Shown here: piece by piece, positions 49,812 to 60,550 of the stretch
How the letters are laid out: every line of letters starts with the position of its first letter
Position numbering within the stretch: the first letter of the stretch is position 1
Assembly: GCA_963823335.1 (NCBI GenBank)
Contig: CAWGLD010000005.1
Span: forward strand, 224,001 to 288,000
Length of the DNA stretch: 64,000 bases
Direction of reading: 5' to 3'
Origin: an uncultured delta proteobacterium
GTDB lineage: Bacteria; Desulfobacterota; Desulfobacteria; Desulfobacterales; B30-G6
Position numbers and translations under genes: made by a program
The notes under the pieces: generated by a model
Told to the model about the DNA's origin: nothing
Database searches by the model: none
Seen by the model: only the letters and a program-made list of their open reading frames with translations

Positions 49812-50870
49812 ATGACAAACCAGGGAAATAAAAGAATCACCGTCGGTATCATAGGGGCGACCGGTTATGCGGGTGCGGAACTTGTGAGAATCCTTTCCGG
49901 TCATCCCCATGTGACCGTGACAGTGCTGACATCACGTCAGTACACCGGGATCCGGTTCGACCAGGTATACCCGGCAATGAAGGACCGCATGCCGCTGGTA
50001 TGTGAAACGCTTTCCATGGAGAGACTGGACAATGCCTGTGAAGTGATATTTATGGCACTCCCGCATCAGATACCCATGACCATTGCTCCCGAACTGATTG
50101 CAAAAGGGAAACGCGTCATCGATCTCTCAGCCGATTTTCGATTCAACGACCCCAGTCTATATGAATCCGTATATCAACGCCATACTGCAATAGAGCTGCT
50201 GGGTGATGCTGTTTACGGTCTGAGTGAAATATATCCGGAGGCTATTCAGGATGCCGTGTTGATCGGAAATCCAGGTTGTTATCCTACCAGCGCGCTTTTA
50301 CCGATTATTCCACTTTTGCGGAGTGGGTTGATCGACTTGACGTCGATTATCATCGACGCTAAATCAGGGGTTAGTGGTGCCGGGCGTTCCTTGTCTCTGG
50401 GTACTCACTTCTGCCAGGTAAACGATTCCTTCAAGGCTTACAAGGTAGCCGAACATCGTCACAATCCTGAAATCGACGCCATCTTGAGCCGCGAAGCCGC
50501 AGAATCTGTGAGCGTTCTTTTTGTACCCCACCTGGTGCCAATGACCCGGGGTATGCTGACGACCATGTACGCAGGCTTGCAAAATCAGGTGACAGGGGAT
50601 GATATTCGGGCTTGTCTGAATGCATTCTATGGCAAGCGCCCCTTTGTGCGTATCTGCCCGGAAGGAAGCCTGCCGGAAACCCTTCATGTCAAAGGAACCA
50701 ATTACTGTGATATCGGTTTCAAGCTGGATCAAAAACAGGGTCGGGTCATCCTGATATCCGCCATCGACAATCTGGTAAAAGGTTCTGCAGGGCAAGCTGT
50801 TCAAAACATGAACATCATGTGTGGTTTTGATGAAAGCGCTGGATTGATGCAGATGCCATACCCGGTCTGA
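49812..50870 (+). CDS. argC: N-acetyl-gamma-glutamyl-phosphate reductase
   Basis: GATGYAG, DLSADFR, NPGCYPT, SGVSGAG, DNLVKG. Confidence 0.97.
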   Translation: MTNQGNKRITVGIIGATGYAGAELVRILSGHPHVTVTVLTSRQYTGIRFDQVYPAMKDRMPLVCETLSMERLDNACEVIFMALPHQIPMTIAPELIAKGKRVIDLSADFRFNDPSLYESVYQRHTAIELLGDAVYGLSEIYPEAIQDAVLIGNPGCYPTSALLPIIPLLRSGLIDLTSIIIDAKSGVSGAGRSLSLGTHFCQVNDSFKAYKVAEHRHNPEIDAILSREAAESVSVLFVPHLVPMTRGMLTTMYAGLQNQVTGDDIRACLNAFYGKRPFVRICPEGSLPETLHVKGTNYCDIGFKLDQKQGRVILISAIDNLVKGSAGQAVQNMNIMCGFDESAGLMQMPYPV

Positions 50871-50949
50871 CCCAAGCACTTGACATGATCCGGTTCATGC
50901 AATAAAACCGTTTTACTATCAATTATTTATTCAGGAAAGGAGAGCCATT

Positions 50950-51864
50950 ATGACAGCAACGCTGATCAAAGGGACCGAGATTCGCGAAGAAATCTTGGAA
51001 GAAATTACAGCAGAAGTAGCTGAAATTAAAGCCAAACATGGTGTCGTTCCAGGTCTTGTCACTATTCTTGTTGGCGAGAGTCCCGCGTCCATATCCTATG
51101 TCACGCTAAAGATAAAAACAGCCCACAGAGTCGGATTCAAGGAAATTCAGGACAGCCAGCCGGTTGATATCTCAGAAGAGGCCCTGTTGGCCCTGATCGA
51201 CAAGTATAACAATGATGAATCCATCAACGGTATTCTTGTTCAACTACCGCTTCCCAAACATATCAATGAAAAGAAAGTGCTCAATGCCATCGACCCGGAC
51301 AAGGATGTGGACGGATTCCATCCTGTCAATGTCGGTAGGTTAATGATTGGCGGCGACGAGGTCAAGTTTCCTCCCTGCACACCCTATGGTATTCAAGAGA
51401 TGATTATTAGGGCCGGTGTTGAGACAAGTGGTGCCGAGGTGGTGGTTGTCGGCCGATCCAATATCGTTGGAAAACCCATCGCCAATATGATGGTTCAAAA
51501 AGGACCGGGTGCCAACGCCACTGTCACGGTGGTGCATACGCGGACCAAGGATCTTGCCGCACATTGTCTACGCGCAGATATTCTTATCGTTGCTGCCGGT
51601 GTTCCTGGATTGGTCAAACCGGAGTGGATCAAACCCGGTGCCTGTGTCATCGATGTCGGTGTGAACCGCGTCGGCGAAAAACCTAGCCAGAAGAATCCCG
51701 GGAAAATGGTCGCAATACTAAAAGGCGATGTCGACTTTGACGAAGCCAAGGAAATTGCAGGTTTTATTACACCGGTTCCTGGGGGCGTCGGTCCCATGAC
51801 CATTACCATGCTCATGCTGAATACCCTGAAAGCACTCAAATTTAAGCTCGGTATAGCCGCCTAA
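50950..51864 (+). CDS. folD: Methylene-THF dehydrogenase/cyclohydrolase
   Basis: GILVQLPLP, KDVDGFH, PCTP, GRSNIVGKP, TPVPGGVGPMT. Confidence 0.97.
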   Translation: MTATLIKGTEIREEILEEITAEVAEIKAKHGVVPGLVTILVGESPASISYVTLKIKTAHRVGFKEIQDSQPVDISEEALLALIDKYNNDESINGILVQLPLPKHINEKKVLNAIDPDKDVDGFHPVNVGRLMIGGDEVKFPPCTPYGIQEMIIRAGVETSGAEVVVVGRSNIVGKPIANMMVQKGPGANATVTVVHTRTKDLAAHCLRADILIVAAGVPGLVKPEWIKPGACVIDVGVNRVGEKPSQKNPGKMVAILKGDVDFDEAKEIAGFITPVPGGVGPMTITMLMLNTLKALKFKLGIAA

Positions 51865-51872
51865 TCTGGATT

Positions 51873-51916
51873 TTTTCCGTGAAGCACCGTTCTTGCCGGC
51901 GGTGCTTCATGGAAAA
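51873..51916 (+). terminator. Hairpin terminator after folD
   Basis: TTTTCCGTGAAGCACCG...CGGTGCTTCATGGAAAA. Confidence 0.6.
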
Positions 51917-52119
51917 CGTTCTTCGCTGTCTGATTGTAGAAAAAACATGGCCATGTCATGCTGGAGGCCAGGGACACCAGCCCAGGCTTGACAGGCTGTT
52001 TCAATCGTGGTAAAAATAAACTTTAGCAAATTCGATATCCTTATAATAGACCATTGAAAAGAGGATCTAATATGTTTTAAGATCCTGTTTTCAATTGGAC
52101 GATTGCAGAGCGCATAGTC

Positions 52120-53043
52120 ATGAAGAAAATGACCTTTTTTGTTTTGAGCAATACCGGTTCACGGGCCAGTCAGATTTCGGTGCCGGGTAGTCTTATTTAT
52201 GTTTCCTTTGCCGCTATTTTTATCGCTCTATCGATTCTGGGTTATTTAGCCTACGATTATTATCAGCTCAGAACAGTCGGTCTGGTCAATCAAGCATATG
52301 AAAGACAGATCGATGATCAAAAGGATACCATTGCCGGTCAGCAAGCCCAAATCCAGACCTTTACTTCCGAAATAAACAAGCTGAAATCAAAACTGGTGAC
52401 ACTCAATAATTTTGAAAAGAAGATCCGCGTGATTGCCAATCTTGATCAAGAGAACGATCAGGAAAATCTTTTCGGGGTTGGTGGCTCAATACCGGAAGAC
52501 CTTGAAACCGATCTTGATTTGACAAAAAGACAGACGGGTCTGCTCCGGGAGATGCACGAACAGGTCGATAACTTGAATCTGGCGACTTCCAATCAGAAGA
52601 CCGGTTTTTCATCCCTTCTGGAGGCCCTTGAAGGCCAGAAAAATCTTCTGGCATGTACCCCAGCTCTCAGACCTGTCAAGGGATGGATGACATCTCGATT
52701 CGGGTACCGAAAGTCTCCTTTTACGGGTCGTAAAGAACTTCACAAGGGGCTTGATATCGCCAACAGAGAAGGCACTCAGATAATTGCACCTGCCGATGGG
52801 ATAGTAAAATTTACAGGCAGAAAAGGGCTTTTAGGTAAGTCGATGGATATCGATCACGGCCACGGTATGATAACCCGTTACGGTCATCTCAAAGAGATAT
52901 TAAAAAAGCGGGGTGAGCCGGTCAAAAGAGGAGATATCATTGCAGAAATGGGTGACACAGGACGAAGTACCGGTCCGCACCTTCACTATGAGGTTCATCT
53001 CAACAGTGTACCCGTCAATCCAATCAAGTATATCCTAAACTAG
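52120..53043 (+). CDS. M23 metallopeptidase
   Basis: N-terminal TM and coiled coil; HKGLD, TGPHLHYEV. Confidence 0.92.
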   Translation: MKKMTFFVLSNTGSRASQISVPGSLIYVSFAAIFIALSILGYLAYDYYQLRTVGLVNQAYERQIDDQKDTIAGQQAQIQTFTSEINKLKSKLVTLNNFEKKIRVIANLDQENDQENLFGVGGSIPEDLETDLDLTKRQTGLLREMHEQVDNLNLATSNQKTGFSSLLEALEGQKNLLACTPALRPVKGWMTSRFGYRKSPFTGRKELHKGLDIANREGTQIIAPADGIVKFTGRKGLLGKSMDIDHGHGMITRYGHLKEILKKRGEPVKRGDIIAEMGDTGRSTGPHLHYEVHLNSVPVNPIKYILN

Positions 53044-53188
53044 TTATGGCATCGCTGCCGCGCTGCCATCCAATCCAGGCTGCAATCTTTTTAAAATCAA
53101 ATTGCGTAATATGGGTTTTACCATTGCCTTGGTGATCTTTATGTATTAATTCGTGAAGCGAATTTATTTTCGGAGGGAACACTTCCAC

Positions 53189-55717
53189 ATGGTTATGAAT
53201 TTTTTGACAAAAATATTCGGCAGTAAAAATGAACGGGAACTAAAAAAGCTTCAACCCATGGTTGGTCAAATCAACCTACACGAGCCGACTGTTCAGGCCA
53301 TGAACGATGGGCAGCTGACGCAGCAGACCTTGCGCTTCAAAGAACGATTGACGAATGGTGAGTCCCTGGACGACATTCTGCCCGAAGCGTTTGCTACAGT
53401 TCGTGAAGCGTCTGTACGCACATTGGGGATGCGTCATTTCGACGTTCAGCTCATCGGCGGGATAGTACTCCACAATGGATGTATCGCTGAAATGAAGACC
53501 GGTGAGGGCAAAACACTTGTGGCCACACTGCCGGCTTATTTGAATGCTTTGGCGGGAAAAGGCGTCCATATTATCACGGTCAATGACTATCTGGCAAAAC
53601 GTGATACTGAGTGGATGGGAAAGCTCTATAATTTTCTCGGCTTGTCTGTCGGTACTATCGTTCATGGAATAAATGACAACGAGCGTAAAACAGCCTATGG
53701 CTCAGACATTACCTATGGAACAAACAACGAGTTCGGTTTTGATTATCTGCGGGACAACATGAAGTTTGACCACAAGACTCTGGTGCAATCCGAGTTGAAT
53801 TATGTCATCGTCGATGAAGTGGACAGCATCCTGATCGATGAGGCGCGAACCCCATTGATTATTTCCGGCCCTGCTGAAAAATCAACCCATCTCTACTACC
53901 AGGTTAACAGCATTATTCCCAAACTAAAGCGTGAACATGATTTTACCATTGACGAAAAGGCACGATCCGCTGTTCTTACAGAAGAAGGTGTCGCCAATGC
54001 AGAGCGTATCCTGAATGTCGACAATCTGTACGATCCCAAACAGATCGAGCTTTTGCATCATATCAACCAGGCTGTCAAAGCCCACGCCCTGTTCAAAAGA
54101 GATGTAGACTATATCGTTAAAAACGGTGAAGTCATCATTGTGGATGAATTCACCGGGCGTTTGATGCCGGGAAGGCGCTATAGTGAAGGTTTGCACCAGG
54201 CGCTCGAAGCCAAAGAGAACGTTAAAATCGAAAATGAGAATCAGACCCTGGCTACGGTCACATTCCAGAATTATTTCAGAATGTACAATAAACTTGCCGG
54301 TATGACCGGCACCGCGGACACGGAAGCGGCTGAATTCAAAAAGATCTATCAACTTGATGTCTTGGTCGCTCCAACCAACCAGCCCATGATCCGCAAAGAT
54401 TTTTCGGATGTTATCTATAAAACACGCAGGGAAAAATTCGAAGCGGTCATGGATGAAATCGTAGAACTCAATCAAAAAGGCCAACCGGTTTTAGTGGGAA
54501 CCATCTCCATCGATGTTTCCGAAGAACTGAGCAAAAAACTGAAAAAGAGAGGTATCCAGCATGAAGTTCTGAATGCCAAGAACCACGAGAAAGAGGCAGA
54601 GATCATTTCAATGGCCGGTCAAAAAGGGGCTGTAACAATCTCCACCAACATGGCGGGTCGCGGTACAGATATCGTGTTGGGTGACGGTGTTGTCGATCTG
54701 GGGGGGCTCCATATTTTAGGAACCGAGCGTCATGAGAGCCGTCGAATCGACAATCAGCTCAGGGGGCGGTCCGGTCGTCAGGGGGATCCGGGGTCCTCAC
54801 GTTTTTATCTTTCCCTGGAAGACGATCTTCTGCGGATTTTCGGTGGTGAAAGGATTACCGGAATCATGGAAAAACTTGGCATGGAGGAGGGTGAGCCTAT
54901 TGAGCATAGTCTGATCAGTCGCGCCATCGAGAATGCACAGGCCAAGGTTGAAGGTCATAATTTTGATATTCGTAAACACCTGCTCGAGTACGACGATGTC
55001 ATGAACCAACAGCGTGAAGTCATTTACAAACAGCGCCGTGAGGCGCTGGATGGGAAGAATCTGAAGGAAACCATTCAGGATATCATATTTGACAAGGCTT
55101 CAGGGATAGCTGAATTGTTTGCAGACGAAAAGATTTTGCCCGAAGAATGGGATTTCAAGGGGATTGATGAAGCGGTTTTTAAGCAGTTCAACTTGAGGAT
55201 CGGTAAACCTGATGACGATACACTCGATGGCCTGACGGGCGAGGGGCTTACTCAGTTGATTCACGACGTTGCCGTCTCAGCCTACCATGAAAAAGAAACC
55301 CTTATCGGTCCTGATGAATTTAGAAATCTGGAACGCTATATTCTGCTGCAGACGGTGGACCAGTTGTGGAAGGACCATCTGCTCAGCATGGATCACCTGA
55401 AAGAAGGGATAGGACTCAGGGGATATGCCCAGCAGAACCCATTGCTTGTGTATAAAAAAGAGGGGTTTGAGATGTTTCAGGATATGATCTCAAGGGTTCA
55501 GGAAGAGACGCTTTCGATTCTATACCGAATTCAGCTGGCAGAACCTGAGAATCTGAAGGAACTACAAAAGCCCGAGGAACCACCGCTGATGTTTTCCGGT
55601 GGCGATATGGCAGCTGCCAAGAAAAAGCCGGCGACACGATCTGACAAGAAAGTTGGCCGCAATGCACCATGCCCCTGTGGCAGCGGGAAAAAATATAAAA
55701 AATGCTGCGGGCAGTGA
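53189..55717 (+). CDS. secA: Preprotein translocase SecA
   Basis: [48 protein letters not shown]. Confidence 0.98.
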   Translation: MVMNFLTKIFGSKNERELKKLQPMVGQINLHEPTVQAMNDGQLTQQTLRFKERLTNGESLDDILPEAFATVREASVRTLGMRHFDVQLIGGIVLHNGCIAEMKTGEGKTLVATLPAYLNALAGKGVHIITVNDYLAKRDTEWMGKLYNFLGLSVGTIVHGINDNERKTAYGSDITYGTNNEFGFDYLRDNMKFDHKTLVQSELNYVIVDEVDSILIDEARTPLIISGPAEKSTHLYYQVNSIIPKLKREHDFTIDEKARSAVLTEEGVANAERILNVDNLYDPKQIELLHHINQAVKAHALFKRDVDYIVKNGEVIIVDEFTGRLMPGRRYSEGLHQALEAKENVKIENENQTLATVTFQNYFRMYNKLAGMTGTADTEAAEFKKIYQLDVLVAPTNQPMIRKDFSDVIYKTRREKFEAVMDEIVELNQKGQPVLVGTISIDVSEELSKKLKKRGIQHEVLNAKNHEKEAEIISMAGQKGAVTISTNMAGRGTDIVLGDGVVDLGGLHILGTERHESRRIDNQLRGRSGRQGDPGSSRFYLSLEDDLLRIFGGERITGIMEKLGMEEGEPIEHSLISRAIENAQAKVEGHNFDIRKHLLEYDDVMNQQREVIYKQRREALDGKNLKETIQDIIFDKASGIAELFADEKILPEEWDFKGIDEAVFKQFNLRIGKPDDDTLDGLTGEGLTQLIHDVAVSAYHEKETLIGPDEFRNLERYILLQTVDQLWKDHLLSMDHLKEGIGLRGYAQQNPLLVYKKEGFEMFQDMISRVQEETLSILYRIQLAEPENLKELQKPEEPPLMFSGGDMAAAKKKPATRSDKKVGRNAPCPCGSGKKYKKCCGQ

Positions 55718-55877
55718 ACCGAAACAGCGAGCGCATTCCCCGTAGCTTGCTGCGGGGTTAGCGAGCGAATCTAAATTAGACAGAATTCCTTACGGTCGAA
55801 GATTCCTCGTAGCTTGCTGCGAGGTTCTTCAATCACCCATTTCACTCTGTCGATGGCGAAACCCGAAAGTTGAGTTA
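55715..55877. repeat. Family B copy (reverse, 55715-55833) abutting family A right end (55832-55877)
   Basis: TGAACCGAAACAGCGAGCGCATTCCCCGTAGCTTGCTGC..CGTAGCTTGCTGCGAGGTTCTTCAAT plus CACCCATTTC..CCCGAAAGTTGAGTTA. Confidence 0.8.
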
Positions 55878-55907
55878 TAAAGCGTAAAGGGTATCAATTG
55901 CATAGTC

Positions 55908-56411
55908 ATGCCTACAGAACTTCAAATATCAGACTACATTGAATCAACATCCTGGACCATTGGTGTCATCTCCGATACACACGGACTGTTACGCCCGGAA
56001 GTGATGAAATCCTTTGAAGGTGTGGATCTCATTCTCCATGCAGGTGATGTCGGAGACCCGGAAGTGATTGATCTCCTGGAATCCGTTGCACCGCTGGTTG
56101 TGGTCAGGGGTAACATGGATTACGGGAGTTGGGCGGATCGACTTCCCGTTTCAACATCCCTTGTCATCGATAAAATCAAGCTGTTTCTAATTCATGATAT
56201 TGAGCGGGTCGATGCTAAAATGAAACTGCAAAACTATCAGGTCGTTATTACCGGGCATACCCATTGCCCGCTTATCGAAAAGCAGGACAACATTCTATTT
56301 ATAAATCCAGGCAGCGCAGGGCCTCAAAGAAACCGGCATTCCGTGTCGATTGGAAAACTGACCTTCTTCGATGGCCAACTGGATGCCCAACTTGTAGAAC
56401 TGGATGTCTGA
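55908..56411 (+). CDS. YfcE-family metallophosphoesterase
   Basis: SDTH, HAGD, GNMD, GHTH, NPGS. Confidence 0.9.
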   Translation: MPTELQISDYIESTSWTIGVISDTHGLLRPEVMKSFEGVDLILHAGDVGDPEVIDLLESVAPLVVVRGNMDYGSWADRLPVSTSLVIDKIKLFLIHDIERVDAKMKLQNYQVVITGHTHCPLIEKQDNILFINPGSAGPQRNRHSVSIGKLTFFDGQLDAQLVELDV

Positions 56412-56536
56412 TCTGGATGCCTCTTTACAAAGCAGTGTCTTGATGCTTATAGTATAGATACTGTTGTGCCGGCCTTGTGAGTGCCGCTTCAATAATGTTA
56501 ATAAATATAGATGGATGTGCGCAGGAACAGGCAAAA

Positions 56537-56851
56537 ATGAACATGTCAAAAACCGATATCACGGCCGATGCGCAGACCAGGACCCGTAAACGCGTTCAAG
56601 AGCCGCCGCTGTACCGGGTGCTACTCCATAATGACGATTATACCACCATGGAGTTTGTCATCGAGGTCTTGAAGGTTGTTTTCAATCGGTCCATGGAGGA
56701 TGCGACGCAAATCATGCTGAATGTCCACAGAAATGGTATCGGCATTTGCGGTGTCTATCCATATGAGATTGCGGAAACCAAAGTGGAGATTGTAGAGGTG
56801 CTTGCCAGAACAAATGACTTTCCTTTAAAATGCTCCATGGAGAAAGCGTAA
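56537..56851 (+). CDS. clpS: ClpAP adaptor ClpS
   Basis: YRVLLHNDDYTTMEFV, MLNVH, AETK, FPL. Confidence 0.96.
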   Translation: MNMSKTDITADAQTRTRKRVQEPPLYRVLLHNDDYTTMEFVIEVLKVVFNRSMEDATQIMLNVHRNGIGICGVYPYEIAETKVEIVEVLARTNDFPLKCSMEKA

Positions 56852-56854
56852 AAA

Positions 56855-59125
56855 ATGATCAGTAAAGAACTCAGCGAAACATTGGGATTCGCTGTCAAAG
56901 AAGCCAAAAAAAGACGGCATGAATATGTGTGCGTGGAGCATGTACTTTACGCTATCCTGCATGACGAGAGCGGTGTCGATATCGTTGAAAACTGTGGTGG
57001 GAACGTAGAGAACCTCAAAGCATTGCTTGAAAAATTCTTTTCAGAGAAGGTAGAACGCATCCCTGAAGGATCTGAATACGTCCTGCAGCAGACCATCGGT
57101 TTTCAGCGGGTCATCCAGCGGGCTGTCAACCATGCACGTTCGGCTGAAAAACAGGAAGTGGCCGTGGGGGATATCCTGGCATCCATTTTCCAGGAGAAGA
57201 ATTCCCATGCCGATAACTTTTTAAAATCGGAGGGTGTAACGCGCTTCGATATTCTGAATTATATATCGCACAATATCCACAACGAAGCTTTAAAACCCGG
57301 GGACAGCAGAATATCCAGACCGGATCAGAAAGAGAAAAAGAAATCAGATCCCCTGGCACTTTTTACCATCGATCTTATGGAAAGAGCCGCCCAAGGAAAA
57401 CTGGATCCGTTGATCGGCAGGCAGCTTGAATTGGAACGAACCATGCAGGTCCTCTGCAGACGGCGCAAGAACAACCCTGTTTTTGTCGGTGATCCCGGTG
57501 TTGGAAAGACTGCGATGGCTGAAGGTCTGGTACAACGGATTGTGGCAGGGGCTGTCCCGGATATCCTGAAAGGTATTCGGATTTACGCTCTCGACCTGGG
57601 GGCGCTCCTGGCCGGAACAAAGTTTCGGGGTGATTTTGAGCAGCGTCTTAAAGGGGTCATTTCAAAGCTGATCAGTACCCCGAATTCGATCCTCTTTATC
57701 GATGAAATCCACACCATTGTGGGAGCAGGTGCCACGAGTTCCGGCTCCATGGACGCTTCCAACATTTTGAAACCAGTACTCGGTTCCGGTGACTTGCGCT
57801 GTATCGGCTCAACGACCTATGAGGAATACAAAAATCATTTTGATAAAGATCGAGCCTTTTCCCGCCGTTTCGAAAAAATCGAAATTGCGGAACCACCTGT
57901 GGATGAAACAGTGAAAATACTGAAAGGCCTGCGTTCGCGGTATGAGGCGCACCACAATATACGTTACAGCGACACGGCATTGAAGGCTGCAGCAGAACTG
58001 TCTGCCAAGCATCTGAATGACCGATATCTCCCTGATAAGGCCATCGATGTCATCGACGAGGCAGGCGCGTTCGTCCGGCTTTCAGGATCCACCCGCCGGA
58101 AGAGAATCAATCCGACCGATATCGAAAAAATCGTTGCAAAAATGGCCCGGATTCCCACCAGGAGTGTTTCCATAAATGACAGGACCAGGCTGTCGACACT
58201 TGAAAACCGACTCAAAGAATATGTTTACGGCCAGGACGAAGCCATTACTTCACTGGTAACCTCCATCAAGCGCTCCAGGGCCGGGCTGGGGTTTCCCGGT
58301 CATCCCATCGGTTCATTTCTGTTTACCGGACCAACGGGTGTGGGCAAGACAGAGGTGGCCATCCAGATAGCTAAGAATCTGGGTATCGAATTCATGCGAT
58401 TCGACATGAGCGAATATATGGAGAAACACGCCATTGCACGGTTGATCGGTGCGCCGCCGGGTTATATCGGATTCGAACAGGGGGGACTGTTGACGGACGG
58501 TATCCGCAAACATCCCTACTGTGTCCTTCTGCTGGATGAAATTGAAAAGGCCCACCTGGATCTCTTCAATATATTGTTGCAGGTGATGGACCATGCTACC
58601 TTGACAGACAACAACGGCAAAAAGGCAGACTTTCGCAATGTCATCCTGATCATGACCACCAACGCCGGCGCCCGTGAAATGAGCTCCCAGTCCATTGGTT
58701 TTGGGGATCCCAAATCTGATACGGTCTTCAAGGGGAAAAAGGCCATTGAAAAAATATTCAACCCGGAATTCAGGAATCGTCTCGATGCCATCATCACATT
58801 CAATTCATTATCGAAGGATATCATGGGGTTGATTGTGGATAAGTTTATCAAAGAATTGAATGACCAGTTGGTTCCCCGAAATGTAAGGATAGAGCTTTCA
58901 GCGGAGGCAAGGGAATGGATGGCCCAAAAGGGTCATGACCCCCAGTATGGTGCCAGACCCCTGACAAGATTGATACAGACCGAAATCAAGAATATGCTGT
59001 CCGATGAAATTCTTTTCGGAAAACTGGAAAAGGGTGGTCATGTGCTCGTTGAAAGGGACGGTGACAAACTTTCTTTAAATACGACAGCGAAGCAAAAGGC
59101 CATTGCTGAAGCCCCGGCTGTATAA
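56855..59125 (+). CDS. clpA: Clp protease ATPase ClpA
   Basis: Two AAA modules GDPGVGKT and GPTGVGKT; DMSEY; follows clpS. Confidence 0.97.
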   Translation: MISKELSETLGFAVKEAKKRRHEYVCVEHVLYAILHDESGVDIVENCGGNVENLKALLEKFFSEKVERIPEGSEYVLQQTIGFQRVIQRAVNHARSAEKQEVAVGDILASIFQEKNSHADNFLKSEGVTRFDILNYISHNIHNEALKPGDSRISRPDQKEKKKSDPLALFTIDLMERAAQGKLDPLIGRQLELERTMQVLCRRRKNNPVFVGDPGVGKTAMAEGLVQRIVAGAVPDILKGIRIYALDLGALLAGTKFRGDFEQRLKGVISKLISTPNSILFIDEIHTIVGAGATSSGSMDASNILKPVLGSGDLRCIGSTTYEEYKNHFDKDRAFSRRFEKIEIAEPPVDETVKILKGLRSRYEAHHNIRYSDTALKAAAELSAKHLNDRYLPDKAIDVIDEAGAFVRLSGSTRRKRINPTDIEKIVAKMARIPTRSVSINDRTRLSTLENRLKEYVYGQDEAITSLVTSIKRSRAGLGFPGHPIGSFLFTGPTGVGKTEVAIQIAKNLGIEFMRFDMSEYMEKHAIARLIGAPPGYIGFEQGGLLTDGIRKHPYCVLLLDEIEKAHLDLFNILLQVMDHATLTDNNGKKADFRNVILIMTTNAGAREMSSQSIGFGDPKSDTVFKGKKAIEKIFNPEFRNRLDAIITFNSLSKDIMGLIVDKFIKELNDQLVPRNVRIELSAEAREWMAQKGHDPQYGARPLTRLIQTEIKNMLSDEILFGKLEKGGHVLVERDGDKLSLNTTAKQKAIAEAPAV

Positions 59126-59215
59126 GCTGTAGACTGTTAGGCTATTAGACTGTAGGCTGTTGAGCGCCTAATGGCCTAATAGTCTACAGCCTAACCAAGC
59201 TAATCTCTTAAACTC

Positions 59216-59905
59216 ATGCCTGTTTATCTTTTGTCAGAAGCCCTCACGTTTCCTCCTCCCCGTTTGGCATCCCAGGAAGGGTTGCTCGCTGTGGGCGGGG
59301 ATCTGAGCCCGGAGCGCTTGCTGGCGGCATATGGTCAGGGCATCTTTCCATGGTTTTCAGAAGGCGAGCCCATTCTGTGGTGGTCGCCGGACCCGCGCCT
59401 GGTTCTCTTTCCCCATGAATTCAAGATCTCCAAAAACCTTAAAAAAATTATCAGACGATCTTTTTTCGAAATCACGGTTGATCAGGCGTTTCAAAAGGTG
59501 ATTACCGAATGTGCCGAGATCCGGGTGAAACAGAAAGAACCTACCTGGATCGTGGGGGACATGATCGATGCGTATTGCCGGTTGCATGAATCCGGCTTTG
59601 CCCACTCGGTGGAAGCCTGGCAGGGTGGTGTGCTGGCGGGTGGTCTGTATGGCGTTTCCCTGGGTAAATGCTTTTTCGGCGAGTCCATGTTTGCCAGGGC
59701 CAGCAACGCATCCAAAATCGCGCTTGCCTGGTTAGTGGATTTCTTGCGGTCGCATGCGTTTCACCTGATTGATTGCCAGGTCACCACGACACATCTGGTC
59801 AGTCTGGGGGCAAGGGAGATCCCACGAGACAGGTTTCTGAAACTGCTGAAGACAGCATTAAAGGAACCGACCATCAAGGGCAAGTGGCAATATCTTGACG
59901 GGTGA
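59216..59905 (+). CDS. aat: Leu/Phe-tRNA-protein transferase
   Basis: GGDL, GIFPW, WWSPDPR, AHSVE, FFGESMF. Confidence 0.96.
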   Translation: MPVYLLSEALTFPPPRLASQEGLLAVGGDLSPERLLAAYGQGIFPWFSEGEPILWWSPDPRLVLFPHEFKISKNLKKIIRRSFFEITVDQAFQKVITECAEIRVKQKEPTWIVGDMIDAYCRLHESGFAHSVEAWQGGVLAGGLYGVSLGKCFFGESMFARASNASKIALAWLVDFLRSHAFHLIDCQVTTTHLVSLGAREIPRDRFLKLLKTALKEPTIKGKWQYLDG

Positions 59906-60078
59906 TGATGCTATAGGGGTTGTCAGAAAAACGTTCCGACGGTTTATTTGTACATTATCAGATGTGAAAACAGTATATTAGGCTTAATAAAAAAACGTTG
60001 AAATTCTGATAATTCCCGAATTAGATGAAATCTTCTATTTCGCAGATGCCCAGATTGCTATGATTTGCATTCACATAA

Positions 60079-60397
60079 ATGGTGAGCACACAAGATCTCT
60101 GGGAAATTAGAGCTTCTGCTGGCTCGAACATTTTTCGGCTTATTGGCTTTTTTGATGGCGCCAATATTGTGGTTGTGGCACATGGGTTTCAAAAAAAGAC
60201 CCAAAAAACACTCAAAGAGCCATTGAACTTGTCGAAGAGAGAAAAATAGACTATTCCAGGAGGAAAAAGATATGAGTGATCTTCAAAAATATATAAATAG
60301 AAGAAAGTCTCTCGATAGCAACTTTGCAGAAGGATATCCATTCGAAGCTATCCATTTTATCGATGATCCTTTGAAAAAGGGTCTGCGGCAACTTTAA
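60079..60397 (+). pseudogene. Decayed RelE/ParE (Gp49-like) toxin and truncated antitoxin
   Basis: LWEIRASAGSNIFRLIGFFDG..HGFQKKTQKT, frameshifts to AIELVEERKIDY; N-terminus missing; antitoxin MSDLQKYINRRK..FAEGY stops before any HTH. Confidence 0.75.
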
Positions 60398-60550
60398 TTC
60401 AGTCAATAAACGGCCCGAGTATTCTGTTTCCTGCTGGTCGGTGACAGGTTGTTTTTGAAAGCTGATTGACAGTAATAAGTAAAAATACATAAAATAGGGT
60501 AAACGTATAACTTTTGGGGTCGTTGTACTGAATAAAAAGAGGGGGTAAAT

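Noticed and set aside
50950-51864. folD as part of the methyltransferase island
   Set aside because: About 19 kb away among housekeeping genes; a metabolic link is possible but unsupported by position
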